Source: Desulfobacterales bacterium
GTDB lineage: Bacteria; Desulfobacterota; Desulfobacteria; Desulfobacterales; UBA11574
Reading direction: 5' to 3'
Length of the DNA: 64,000 nucleotides
NCBI GenBank assembly: GCA_030145345.1
Contig: JAQYVT010000002.1
Coordinates: forward strand, 11,095 to 75,094
Shown: positions 47,881-57,136 of the stretch, one piece after another
How the letters are laid out: each line of letters starts with the position of its first letter
Position numbering within the stretch: the first letter of the stretch is position 1
Notes under the pieces: model-generated
What the model saw: the letters and a program-made list of their open reading frames with translations, nothing else
Databases searched by the model: none
What the model was told of the DNA's origin: nothing
Made by a program: the position numbers and the translations under genes

Positions 47881-49166
47881 TCTTTAGGAACTCCTGTCCC
47901 TTGGGGATTTATCTTTGCAGGGGGCGCACGCTTTATTTCGGATTTCGACGCATCGACACGCAAATTCATACCTTCTATCGGTGCAGCCAAATCTGAGACG
48001 ATCAAGTGTTCACCGGTTTTCAGGGCGTCTTTTAAGAGAACGATCTCCGGGTCGCGCCAGATCGGCCGCACCTTCCGGATTTCCAATGTTTGATTTTCAC
48101 CGACCAGCCAGACACTCGAATGATCTTTCAATGCCGTGCGCGGAATTTCAAATACGCCGTCAAGTTTACGCCCTTGGATTTCTACCCGGACGTACTCGCC
48201 GATGATTAGGGGTGTGCGATCCTGGGTGGCAGCATTCAACCCCAGCGGATCGGCAACTTCCACGAGAATTCGGGCCATGCGTCCTTCGGTTGCCAGATCC
48301 CCCATCAGCCGGATGACCCGGCCGCTGCGTTCATGACCCTGGCCGTAAATGATCCGGGCTTTGGAACCCGGATCACCGGCTTGACTGGGCGTTTGGATCC
48401 ATTCAAGGCGATCCACCGGTATGGACACCTGAATTCTGTAAGTATCGGTTCCCACCAGTTCGGCCAGGGACTCCTGGGGCGTCACCTGAGACCCGAGATC
48501 CACGGACTTGGAACGCACCATGGCATTGAAAGGCGCCCTGATTTGGGTTCGCTCAAGATCGAGCATTGCCGTCTTAAGTTCGGCCTCGGCTGCTGTAAGA
48601 TCTGCCTTGACTTTATTTAGGTGGGGTTGGCGCAGCGCCAGTTCCTTCTCCATATCTTGGGCCGGTTTGCCCTCGTTTAACAGCTCCCATTCGCGCTTGG
48701 CCACCGCCTGATACCCCAACTCCAGCTTCAGGGCATACTCGGCATCGGTCACCGTACTCCGCCTGCGGGCCAGGGCCAGCTCGTAGTCCACCGGGTCGAT
48801 CTGGAGAACTTTTGTGTGTTTTTTTAAAAACCCGCCTTCCGTGAACTCGGGATGGATCTCTTCGACTTCTCCGGACACACGAGATTTCAGCAGTACTTCC
48901 CGGGCAGGAATAACGGTTCCCATTGCCGTTACAACAATCTGATAGTCGGAAAGTTTTACCGTTAGGACTTGAACCGTGGGACTCAATTTAACCGGGGGCC
49001 GCTTCTGGGTTCGGGGCGCACTGTTTTTCAGGTAAGATGCCCCACCCACACCGCCGGCGAGTATGAGCAGCGATAGGATAATCCTGACAATGGGTCGCCG
49101 CCTTCGGGCAGGGTTCGGCGATTCTTCCGGAAACTGATTGTTTTGCGTATCATCCACTATTTTCAT
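47877..49166 (-). CDS. RND efflux periplasmic adaptor (membrane-fusion protein, HlyD family)
   Basis: 429 aa with an N-terminal TM, a coiled-coil hairpin (LNKVKADLTAAEAELKTAMLDLERTQIRAPF) and beta-barrel domains. Confidence 0.85.
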   Translation of the reverse strand: MKIVDDTQNNQFPEESPNPARRRRPIVRIILSLLILAGGVGGASYLKNSAPRTQKRPPVKLSPTVQVLTVKLSDYQIVVTAMGTVIPAREVLLKSRVSGEVEEIHPEFTEGGFLKKHTKVLQIDPVDYELALARRRSTVTDAEYALKLELGYQAVAKREWELLNEGKPAQDMEKELALRQPHLNKVKADLTAAEAELKTAMLDLERTQIRAPFNAMVRSKSVDLGSQVTPQESLAELVGTDTYRIQVSIPVDRLEWIQTPSQAGDPGSKARIIYGQGHERSGRVIRLMGDLATEGRMARILVEVADPLGLNAATQDRTPLIIGEYVRVEIQGRKLDGVFEIPRTALKDHSSVWLVGENQTLEIRKVRPIWRDPEIVLLKDALKTGEHLIVSDLAAPIEGMNLRVDASKSEIKRAPPAKINPQGTGVPKE

Positions 49167-49301
49167 TCCTGTTTGATATGGGTCTCATATTACCGGTTAG
49201 GTTTAAACCCCAACCCTGCGAAATCCGGTCATGGGGATCGTTATCGTCTTGAAACCCATTTTGTCATGTTATTCATACAACCATAAGGCAAGCCTTGTTC
49301 C

Positions 49302-50699
49302 TTAAGGGGTCAGCGATTCCGTCCAGGTTCCGCCCAGGGCTCGATAGAGACCGATGCGTGCATTCAGAAGGTTGGCCCGCTGCCGGATTAAATTCCTCTC
49401 GAGCCCCTGAACCGCCAATAATTGGGTCAGTACCGGCAGGTAATCGGTAAGCCCGTTACGATAGCGAAGCCCCGCCTCCTCGAGGGCCCTGCGCGCTGCA
49501 GCCTCGACCTTTTCGAGCCCTCTGATGTGTTCCCGTTGCTTGGACTCGTTGACGAGCGAATTTTCGACTTCTTTTATGGCCGTTAAAACCGCTTGTCGGT
49601 ATGCAGACAAATTTTCATCCACAAGCGCCTGTCTGCGGTCGACTTCCGCTGCCCGGCGATTTCCATCGAATATCGGTGCCGTCAAATTGCCCGCCAGGCT
49701 GAGGATCCAGTTGTCGAAAAGCACGTCCATATCCCCTTGCCCGTATTGGGCTTGGGCAGTCAGGCGGATTGCCGGCAGACGATTTGCCCGGGCGGCGGCC
49801 ACTTGCCATTCTGCCGCCTGCAGACGCATTCCGGCCCTTCGCAAATCCGGACGTAATGAGAGGAGATCGCCGGGCAGTCCGGTTGCCGGGATTTCGGTCG
49901 GTTCAGGCAAACCGACCCGGCCGATTTTCAATTCAGCCTGTGGCGGTTTTCCCAGCAAAAGCGCCAGTTCATGTCTCAGCACCTGTTCTTCGGCCTCAAC
50001 CAAAGGAATTTCAGCCCGGATGTCTTCAACAACTTGTTTTTGTTGATACACATCAAGGGCCGACACCATAGACATTCGAAATCTGAGCTCAATAAGCTCC
50101 AGGTATGTCCGGTTGACTTGAAGCTGATGTTCCAAAAGCCGTTTTTGCATCTGCTGGGAAATAATGAATGTCCAGCGCCGGGCAACCTCGGCCGCCAGTG
50201 TCATGGCGGCCGTATTCACTTCCTCCCGGGCGGCGGTCACATCCAGCAAGGCGGCTTCCCGATCGGAACGGATACGTCCCCAGAGATCCAGTTCATAGCT
50301 GCTGATAAGCCCCAGGGAATAGTCATCGTTCGATTCGGTTTTCGGCGATCCGTTGTCTGATCTTCGGCGCTCATAAAAAGCACCGGCAGTGCCGGTCAGG
50401 TCCGGATAAAGTGCCGCACCGACCTGAACGGCCAATGACCGCGCTTGATTGAGGCGGGACCAGGCTTCTTTCAGGGTCAAATTGTCGGCCAGGGCTTCTT
50501 CGATCAGTCCGGTGAGTTCGGAATCATGAAATTCTTCCCACCACCGTCCCAACGGCTCGGTTTCCTTGGAATAAAGCGAAAAAGTTTCCGGAAGTTCACC
50601 GGCCGGCGACTGTCTTATCTGAGGTTTGAACGGATTGCAGGCTGTAAACAAAAGCAAGATGACCGTCAAACCGATAAATTCATTTACCCGATTCTTCAT
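49302..50699 (-). CDS. Outer-membrane efflux lipoprotein, NodT/TolC family
   Basis: 465 aa with lipobox LLFTAC and two OEP repeats (LTLKEAWSRLNQARS...; LRPDLRRAGMRLQAAEWQVAAARANRLP). Confidence 0.85.
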   Translation of the reverse strand: MKNRVNEFIGLTVILLLFTACNPFKPQIRQSPAGELPETFSLYSKETEPLGRWWEEFHDSELTGLIEEALADNLTLKEAWSRLNQARSLAVQVGAALYPDLTGTAGAFYERRRSDNGSPKTESNDDYSLGLISSYELDLWGRIRSDREAALLDVTAAREEVNTAAMTLAAEVARRWTFIISQQMQKRLLEHQLQVNRTYLELIELRFRMSMVSALDVYQQKQVVEDIRAEIPLVEAEEQVLRHELALLLGKPPQAELKIGRVGLPEPTEIPATGLPGDLLSLRPDLRRAGMRLQAAEWQVAAARANRLPAIRLTAQAQYGQGDMDVLFDNWILSLAGNLTAPIFDGNRRAAEVDRRQALVDENLSAYRQAVLTAIKEVENSLVNESKQREHIRGLEKVEAAARRALEEAGLRYRNGLTDYLPVLTQLLAVQGLERNLIRQRANLLNARIGLYRALGGTWTESLTP

Positions 50700-50842
50700 A
50701 AGTCCTTACCGGCAGCATCTATTCGATTTGCGTCAGGTATTAATTACGATGTGTTTGTAAAAATATCAACAAATTAAATGATTCATGTGCTAATTTGGGA
50801 TGGTGGTGCACACGAGAAATTCGGATTGGCTGTTTTCACGAA

Positions 50843-52165
50843 CTATTCGGATTGGCTTTCTTCCGATTTGATATAGTCATCGATTCCCTTTCCGAGTGTG
50901 TCGATCATCGTGTGAAAGCGCTCCTCATTCGGTTCTAAAAGGGTGACCCGAAAGCCCTGCAAGTTCGTGTTAAAGGAGGTCAGGGGAACCAAACAAATTC
51001 CAGTGGCAGCCAGCAAGTAATATACAAACCGTTTATCCGGATGTATCTGCGAATCGGAAGTCAGTGTTTCAACCAGTTCCGCAACGGATGGGTTGGAAAT
51101 GGGCAGGGTTTGCCGATGGTTCAGGAGGCCGTCTTCAAAAGTCACGCTCATATACAGCGCGCCGTTGGTCCGGTTTGCCAACACACCGGGGATATCTTTG
51201 AGCCGATCGTAGGCGATCTGTGAGAACCTTTCGTAACGCAGGCGACGTTTTTCCAGGTACCCCGGATATTCGGGGTGCTGGAGGATGTGCGGAAAGGCCT
51301 TCTGGGGCAGGGTTGTTGAACAGACCTCAACCATTTTGGCGTTGAGAATGCTCTTGATGTAGGTTTCAAACTGGGGTTTTCTTTGGGCATTGTACACTTC
51401 GATCCAGCCGCAGCGAGAACCGGGCCAGGGGAGTTCCTTGGAAATCCCCTTCATGGAAATAGCCGGAACTTCACCGATGACCGCAGCCAGCGGTTCGGTC
51501 TTCTGGCCGTTGAAAACCAGATTTTGATAAATCTCATCGGCAATGATAAAAAGATCAAATTCTGACGCAATATCAACAATTTCCCGGAGCAGATCTTCCG
51601 GATAAACAGCACCGGTCGGATTATCGGGGTTGATCAGTAAAATACCGGCCACGGCCGGATTATACTTGACCCGTCGCCGCAGTTCGTGGACGTCCGGAAA
51701 CCAGTGGTTATGGGGATCGAGGGGATAAGAGACCGGCGGCAGACCGGCGTGAGCTGCTTCGCATGCAGAATGCGTCGTATACGTGGGTGACGGCGTTATC
51801 ACACGGGCGGTACGGCGTAAAAATCCATAAGTTTTGGTAATGGCGTCTCCGAGACCGTTAAAAAAAATGATGTCGTCCGGGGTGATGCGGCAATGGCCGT
51901 TGCCGTTGTTCATGGACACCAGAAACTCGCGTGTTTCGAGCAGTCCTTGGGTGGGACAGTAACCGTAGCTATCGTCTTCCATAACCAGCCGGGAAACAAT
52001 CTTTTTCATCCAATCGGGGATCTTTTCACCTTTTGCCACAGGATCGCCGATATTTTCCAGATAGACGGGAACTCCCAGTTCTTGGAGTTTATCGGCGACC
52101 CGCACGATATTTCTGATTTCATAATTCAGTTCTTCTGCGCCAATGTGTACAATTCCTGTCCGCAT
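50843..52165 (-). CDS. Class I PLP aminotransferase, AlaA-like (alanine/glutamate-pyruvate transaminase type)
   Basis: 440 aa. From memory it is collinear with E. coli AlaA: YEIRNIV...LENIGDP, YGYCPTQGLLETRE, WFPDVHELR, LLINPDNPTGAVY, ADEIYQNLVF and the Lys motif SKELPWPGSRCGW. A perfect AAGGAGG SD lies 10 nt upstream of the ATG. Confidence 0.8.
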   Translation of the reverse strand: MRTGIVHIGAEELNYEIRNIVRVADKLQELGVPVYLENIGDPVAKGEKIPDWMKKIVSRLVMEDDSYGYCPTQGLLETREFLVSMNNGNGHCRITPDDIIFFNGLGDAITKTYGFLRRTARVITPSPTYTTHSACEAAHAGLPPVSYPLDPHNHWFPDVHELRRRVKYNPAVAGILLINPDNPTGAVYPEDLLREIVDIASEFDLFIIADEIYQNLVFNGQKTEPLAAVIGEVPAISMKGISKELPWPGSRCGWIEVYNAQRKPQFETYIKSILNAKMVEVCSTTLPQKAFPHILQHPEYPGYLEKRRLRYERFSQIAYDRLKDIPGVLANRTNGALYMSVTFEDGLLNHRQTLPISNPSVAELVETLTSDSQIHPDKRFVYYLLAATGICLVPLTSFNTNLQGFRVTLLEPNEERFHTMIDTLGKGIDDYIKSEESQSE

Positions 52166-52190
52166 GAGAGATAATCCTCCTTATTCGTCA

Positions 52191-52223
52191 AATAAAAAGG
52201 GCTGCTGGATTACGTTGCAGCCC
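52191..52223 (-). terminator. Intrinsic terminator T2, immediately upstream of the aminotransferase SD
   Basis: On the minus strand: GGGCUGC, an 11-nt loop, GCAGCCC, then UUUUUAUUU. Confidence 0.65.
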
Positions 52224-52231
52224 TTAAAACT

Positions 52232-52261
52232 AAAAAAGGCTGCGGTCGATTGCCTACAGCC
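52232..52261 (-). terminator. Intrinsic terminator T1
   Basis: On the minus strand: GGCUGU(A)GG, a 7-nt loop, CCGCAGCC, then UUUUUU. Confidence 0.6.
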
Positions 52262-52286
52262 CCGGTTTTTTTATAGGGAAATCAGA

Positions 52287-52394
52287 TCATTTGCTCCCCT
52301 CCAGGACCGCAGGCCGACCGGCAGCGGCTGCCGCAGCAGCGCTGGTCGCTTGGCATGCATTTTGGACCCTGGAAATGGAAGTTTGCATCATCAT
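52287..52394 (-). CDS. Candidate poly-alanine leader peptide (35 aa)
   Basis: Not in the track. An AAAGGAAAT SD precedes ATGATGATG. The translation is MMMQTSISRVQNACQATSAAAAAAAGRPAVLEGSK, with seven consecutive Ala codons (GCT GCT GCG GCA GCC GCT GCC). The stop lies 25 nt upstream of terminator T1. Confidence 0.4.
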   Translation of the reverse strand: MMMQTSISRVQNACQATSAAAAAAAGRPAVLEGSK

Positions 52395-52418
52395 GGATTT
52401 CCTTTCATTCTGGATGAG

Positions 52419-52448
52419 CCTATACCATGTCTTTGGGTATATGTCACG
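52419..52448 (-). promoter_or_regulatory. Candidate sigma-70-type promoter for the leader transcript
   Basis: On the minus strand GTGACA (52448-52443), an 18-nt spacer, then TATAGG (52424-52419). This is hexamer matching by eye only. Confidence 0.3.
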
Positions 52449-52487
52449 AATTTTTTTCGCTCCAAAAAATTCTTAGGATGAACTCCG

Positions 52488-52770
52488 AACTAAACAGTGC
52501 CCAGCCACAATTGTAAAATGGGCACAGTGCGTTTCCTATTCATAAATGAGCATCTTTTGTCCGGATCAAGGCCGCCCCAGTTAAATATGCTTCGCCCCGA
52601 TGAAATCGGCGTTGCATTTCATTGGGCAAGCATTTCACGGGGCAGGCACAAGGGTTTTCAGTCCCCGCAAAGCGGTACAGGAAGGCAACCTTTCTGTACG
52701 CCGCAGCCGGAAACCCGCGGAGAACGCAGATCCGGGCAAAAAGGGCCATTTATGGATGGAAACTAAATAG
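52488..52770 (+). repeat. Family-A MITE-like element, copy 2 (long form)
   Basis: It has the same termini as copy 1: GTGCCCAGCCACAATTG on the left and CATTTATGGATGGAAAC-TA on the right. It is flanked by AACTAAACAG / AACTAAATAG and carries an extra ~85-bp hairpin module. The right terminus overlaps the LysE-family stop codon. Confidence 0.75.
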
Positions 52771-53401
52771 CCTTTCCGATAACCCCAAACAGTTCCAAAC
52801 TGTCTTTAACAAAAAGAACCGCAAACACCAGAAGTATGATCCCCAACAATCTGATGGTGTAAACGTAATTTCTGCTTTTCAGAAAGAACCGGGATTTTCC
52901 GACCACTACCGCCACCGACACTTTAGAACCCACAAGGAATACATAAAAACCCAGTATAAAAGCAGATGCCGGGAAAATACCGATGTGGAGCGCTTTGAGC
53001 ACCAGGGGCGCCCCAATGGTAAACCAGAACAAATAGGGCGCCGGGTTCAAAAAATTTGCGATGACACCTTTTCTGATCGATTGGGGCTTTGCTTGCGCCA
53101 CATCGATATCGACACCCTTGAAGGATATACCTTCGTAACCCAGATAGACCAGAAATGCGCTGCCCAGTAAAGAAACCACTCCAAGTACCGGCAACATGTC
53201 GGATAGCCGGGAAAGAACGAGTATCGTAATCATTACAATTGGGAGATCTGTCAGGATCGGTGCAATGGAAACTTTAATCCCTTCCTTTACATCGTGTTTT
53301 AGTGTTTCGGAAATGACCAATGTCAGCAAAGGTCCCGGGGACAGCCCGGCGCTGAGGCCAAAAACAACTCCCGAAAACAGGAAGGAAAATCCGAGTGCCA
53401 T
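52763..53401 (-). CDS. LysE/RhtB-family amino-acid exporter
   Basis: About 212 aa from ATG 53401 (MALGFSFLFSGVVFGLSAGLSPGPLLTLVISE). It has six TM helices and NFLNPAPYLFW, the typical LysE-family signature. The tracked upstream start at 53473 looks non-coding. Confidence 0.8.
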   Translation of the reverse strand: MALGFSFLFSGVVFGLSAGLSPGPLLTLVISETLKHDVKEGIKVSIAPILTDLPIVMITILVLSRLSDMLPVLGVVSLLGSAFLVYLGYEGISFKGVDIDVAQAKPQSIRKGVIANFLNPAPYLFWFTIGAPLVLKALHIGIFPASAFILGFYVFLVGSKVSVAVVVGKSRFFLKSRNYVYTIRLLGIILLVFAVLFVKDSLELFGVIGKAI

Positions 53402-53776
53402 GAGGTTGCTAAATTTCCTTTGCTGATGCGTTGAGCTAGTGCCAAAGCAACCGTAGGAAAAGAACCGTTCCAATGGCTATCAAAAAACCCGGCAACCGGT
53501 CGACGCGCTGAAGTTATAGGTTCATTTCGGTGTGCGGCGTTCTTTTTCGAACCTCACGAAAACACTCTGGCAGTGATCCGATTAATCACCGAATCATCCG
53601 ATTGCATGATGTACTCGTAAGTCGGCGGAGCAAAACTTGTGATGGTATTTCTGCCACAACATGTTAGACGTGTCAAGGCAGAAGCCGGCGAGGGAGAGGA
53701 AGTTCTGTCTTCCGGCAAGTCAAGCATATCCAAGAAAAAGGCTTAGAAGAAAAAAACACCATGGGCAGTTTTTAAT

Positions 53777-53926
53777 TTAAAGTGTGTAAGATAAAACTTC
53801 TATTCCGAGTATTAACGTAATTACCCCCAGCATCCGGGTTACCCGAGATTCATCTGAATAAATACTCGCCCAGGCGCCAATTCCGATCCAAACCAAGCTA
53901 ATTGTAAAAAGAATCCAATTCGGCAT
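53777..53926 (-). CDS. Small two-helix membrane protein (49 aa), hypothetical
   Basis: Below the track cutoff. An AAGGAGAAC SD sits 4 nt before the ATG. The translation is MPNWILFTISLVWIGIGAWASIYSDESRVTRMLGVITLILGIEVLSYTL. Confidence 0.35.
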   Translation of the reverse strand: MPNWILFTISLVWIGIGAWASIYSDESRVTRMLGVITLILGIEVLSYTL

Positions 53927-54175
53927 TAAAGTTCTCCTTCATTAAACATGTTGAACTAAATATATGCAAATATCATGCACGAATTAATATTTTTTTCTAT
54001 GGTGAAGCCTTTTTTAAAGGATTCCAAGTGGTTAACTTATTTAGAAAGGAAATGACAAGAAATAATATGAAATATACATCCTAATGGTTGTTACATCGTT
54101 TACCTAGCTGTCCATTGAAACTCCCCGAAGCGGTCAAAAATCCAACCGTTGCTGGATTGGATCTTAAGAATTTCA

Positions 54176-54300
54176 CCCTAATTGAGCGAAAGTCGAGGAT
54201 GCCCCAGCTTCAAGGCGTCCAAGGGTGAAGCTGTAGTATGCTACTGCGAACCCTTGGCAACGCTGAAGATGGGATGGCATCGGCTTTCGATCAATTAGGG
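54176..54300. repeat. Family-B MITE-like palindromic element, complete 125-bp copy (B4)
   Basis: CCCTAATTGAGCGAAAGTCGAGGATGCCCCA ... TGGGATGGCATCGGCTTTCGATCAATTAGGG. The arms are near-perfect inverted repeats of about 30 bp. Confidence 0.85.
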
Positions 54301-54330
54301 TTGTACATTTCGACTGCCCAGGGTCCGGAC

Positions 54331-54360
54331 AAAAAAAGCAGGGTCATTGCTGACCCTGCT
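54331..54360 (-). terminator. Intrinsic terminator
   Basis: On the minus strand: AGCAGGGTCA, a 4-nt loop (GCAA), TGACCCTGCT, then TTTTTTT. The stem is 10 bp. Confidence 0.65.
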
Positions 54361-54657
54361 CTATCCGCCTTGAAAGCCTCTTTTGTTTCAAGACATCATC
54401 CGGTTCAAAGAGCCATCAACCCGATGGGGTGTGGAGTCGTCCAAACCGGTTAAGTATGTACAACCTAAGTTGAGCGATTTTTAGGTTCAAATATAAGGCT
54501 TCCCTAAATGCCGTTATTAGTCTCGGTGCACATCATTTTTTGCATTTTTATGCAGACGACCGAAGAATAAGATGCACGTACACCAGAGAAGCCATCTTTT
54601 AAAACGTATCCATCATCGAAAGGCCGCGGATATTTTTTTGTCCTGGTTTTCGATACA

Positions 54658-55008
54658 TCACAAAGTCCCATCCTGCTCAAGAATAGACAACCCGACCAGG
54701 GAATGACCTGTAAAGCGATCGTATAAGTTTTTTGAGGTGACCCGAGTCCTCAAAAGTTTTGGAGAATCTGGCGATTCCGGCGGATTGTATCCCATGTTCA
54801 ATATATCACCGACTTCCAGTTCTTTGAGTACCGGGGAATCTTCTTTTACCAAAATACACAGCCCGTTTAAGGGAATGTCCCGCAACTTGAATAGGTATGC
54901 CGCATCCATACCATTCAAGTGAAACTGTACGCTGTAGTATTGGTTCAATATGTTTCTCGATTCAGATCCCCCTCCAGGTGAATTGTTCATGACAATCTTT
55001 TCTTCCAT
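54658..55008 (-). CDS. Hypothetical protein, possibly a non-canonical PilZ-like domain
   Basis: 116 aa and beta-rich. LRDIPLNGLCILV resembles the D.S..G half of the PilZ motif, but no RxxxR is present. Confidence 0.3.
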   Translation of the reverse strand: MEEKIVMNNSPGGGSESRNILNQYYSVQFHLNGMDAAYLFKLRDIPLNGLCILVKEDSPVLKELEVGDILNMGYNPPESPDSPKLLRTRVTSKNLYDRFTGHSLVGLSILEQDGTL

Positions 55009-55376
55009 GGTATCGACCTACGATAATAAGTACATTGACTATCGGTTTAAAGGTTCACGCCCGAACTTCGGAGCGACTCGATGGTGTTTGCCGTAGTCTT
55101 GCTGAAGGTTCGCCGCATACACGGTTGCAGTTAAATATGATATCCAACCCTTCAAAATTTATATTTATTCATAATTTTGCAATTTTATAATGTCAAGTAA
55201 AATTATATGTAATTTATATATAATTCTATTGAATTAGAATATATTGTAGTTTATTAATTCAAATTACTACATATTGTGCATTTACAAACTAAGAAAACGA
55301 GTAAATTCCAATGGTTCTATTAGTTCCCCCGTTTACGTACCCCTAAACAGCAAGGTCGAACGCCCCCAATGACGTA

Positions 55377-56411
55377 TTATACCCACTGTATGGATTCAGC
55401 CACCCATACCCCTGCACCCATCATTTCACGAACAGCCGATTCAACAGCGGACGAGCCGTCATATAAGACAGACGGTATGAAGTTGCTTGTACGCGCTCCA
55501 GACATACTCAAATCCACGACAACTTGAAGCTTACGGTCCTTGAAATATCTTTGTGTCTCGATGGAAGATTTTCGGACGCAGCTGTTTAAAGTACATCCTG
55601 CCATCACCAAAGTTTTCTTACCCTTGTCCATAAATCCCTTGACCCATTCACGGAAACCGTTGGTGATTGGGTATAATACACTGTTTCCGGGTTTAATAAA
55701 GTAAAGCTGTGTCACATCGATTGCCCCGCTGAACACATCGTCCCAGTCGTAGCTACACGGCGGAAACGGGCATCTCGTAAACATCGTTTCAATGCGTCCG
55801 GAATTTTTACGTATCCATTGAGCACAGGTATCAAATGCCAATTGTATCGGTTTAACTTCAACCTCGGCTTCAGGGCCGATGGATTTCATCCAAACTCCGT
55901 GGGTAAAGGATCTTTGAGGATCGATGACCAACAATACGGCACCATCGGTTTCAATCTTAAGTTTTTTGACCCCCTCAGTTTCAAGAAACTTCTGGTAGGT
56001 ATTCGCGACTTCAAGATGGGCGATACGTTTTAAAAGTGACATCATTTCAGTGGGTGGCGGGTCGGCCAATTTAGACCCCTGCTTTTTTGAATTCTCGTTA
56101 CCGACAACGCCTATTTTTGGTTCTGAAATGTCAGTCCTTTTGGAAGCCGTGGAAAATGAAAAATGGGGGGCATTGAGGAGCACTTTGCCAAACGGCCCCT
56201 GGGGGTCTTCAAAAATTTGCGTCATATAGGAAATGAAATTATTCTTGGAGATGGGCTGCCGTACTGCCAGGAGGTCGAGCACCGCTAGAAGCGGTGCTTG
56301 TTTCCAGTGCCACCCCATACGTCGGGCGGACACATGGAGTTCGGATCTGGAAAGTTCACCGTTTTTATTTAGATCCAATATATTGAAAAGTTCACCGATG
56401 GAATTTATCAA
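55377..56411 (-). CDS. EF-hand domain fused to an isochorismatase-family cysteine hydrolase
   Basis: 344 aa. The N-terminal LDLNKNGELSRSEL is a canonical 12-residue EF-hand loop (D.N.NGE...E). The C-terminal half has the isochorismatase triad contexts LLVIDPQRSF (Asp), FIKPGNSVL (Lys) and VMAGCTLNSCVRKS (Cys). Confidence 0.7.
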   Translation of the reverse strand: MINSIGELFNILDLNKNGELSRSELHVSARRMGWHWKQAPLLAVLDLLAVRQPISKNNFISYMTQIFEDPQGPFGKVLLNAPHFSFSTASKRTDISEPKIGVVGNENSKKQGSKLADPPPTEMMSLLKRIAHLEVANTYQKFLETEGVKKLKIETDGAVLLVIDPQRSFTHGVWMKSIGPEAEVEVKPIQLAFDTCAQWIRKNSGRIETMFTRCPFPPCSYDWDDVFSGAIDVTQLYFIKPGNSVLYPITNGFREWVKGFMDKGKKTLVMAGCTLNSCVRKSSIETQRYFKDRKLQVVVDLSMSGARTSNFIPSVLYDGSSAVESAVREMMGAGVWVAESIQWV

Positions 56412-56602
56412 TTTTATTTCCCCTCGATTGGGGTTTAAATTTAATGTATACCGGAACCGAACCCATTTGACAGGCCCTGAAACGAAGTGTCGCGGATTTG
56501 AAACGCAAAATAGGTGAAAAAGGCGTCGATTTTGATTGTATGGGCGAGTGGATGGTCGATTTGAAGTTCATCGATGCAGAGCTGTCCAAGGTCACATTCA
56601 TT

Positions 56603-57070
56603 TTATATACTTTTGCTGGAACCCAGAACCTTTAACTTGGCATCGATCAGTTGTTCGTGGGAAAGACGCAGTAACGTTGCGAGTTTGTTCATCAGGTAAT
56701 GTTCGTACTTGTCCATTTTTCCGTCGACATAGACGATCCGCCACAGAATTTCAATGATCTCAATTTTTTCTTCGTTGGAATAATTCTCGTTGATCCGTCT
56801 GGCAAACTGCCACAGGTCGACACTTTCATCCCGGGCTTTATCGGCCTCTGCAATCAAGGCATCGGCGTGCTCCCGGGACAACCCGTATTTCTCTTTCAGA
56901 ATCGAAAGGATGGTGTCCATCTCCGCTTGGGTAAACGTTTCATCGATACGCGCCATCTCCACAAGCAGGGCACAGGTAGCCACACGTGTGTCGTGACCCC
57001 GCTGATCTTCGATGGTCTTGGATTCGTCCTCTGTGACTTTACTGAAAAAACGCTTTACGACATTGAGCAT
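56603..57070 (-). CDS. TerB-family (tellurite-resistance TerB-like) protein
   Basis: 155 aa with CALLVEMARIDETFTQAEMDTILSIL ... IIEILWRIVYVDGKMDKYEHYLMNKLATLLRLS, which fits the two-repeat acidic helical TerB fold pattern. Confidence 0.8.
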   Translation of the reverse strand: MLNVVKRFFSKVTEDESKTIEDQRGHDTRVATCALLVEMARIDETFTQAEMDTILSILKEKYGLSREHADALIAEADKARDESVDLWQFARRINENYSNEEKIEIIEILWRIVYVDGKMDKYEHYLMNKLATLLRLSHEQLIDAKLKVLGSSKSI

Positions 57071-57136
57071 TCTTTGTTCTCCTTTTTTGGTTCTTCTCTA
57101 ATTTAGTTGGAGAAGAGGGGTCAAGGATTTGAGTTC

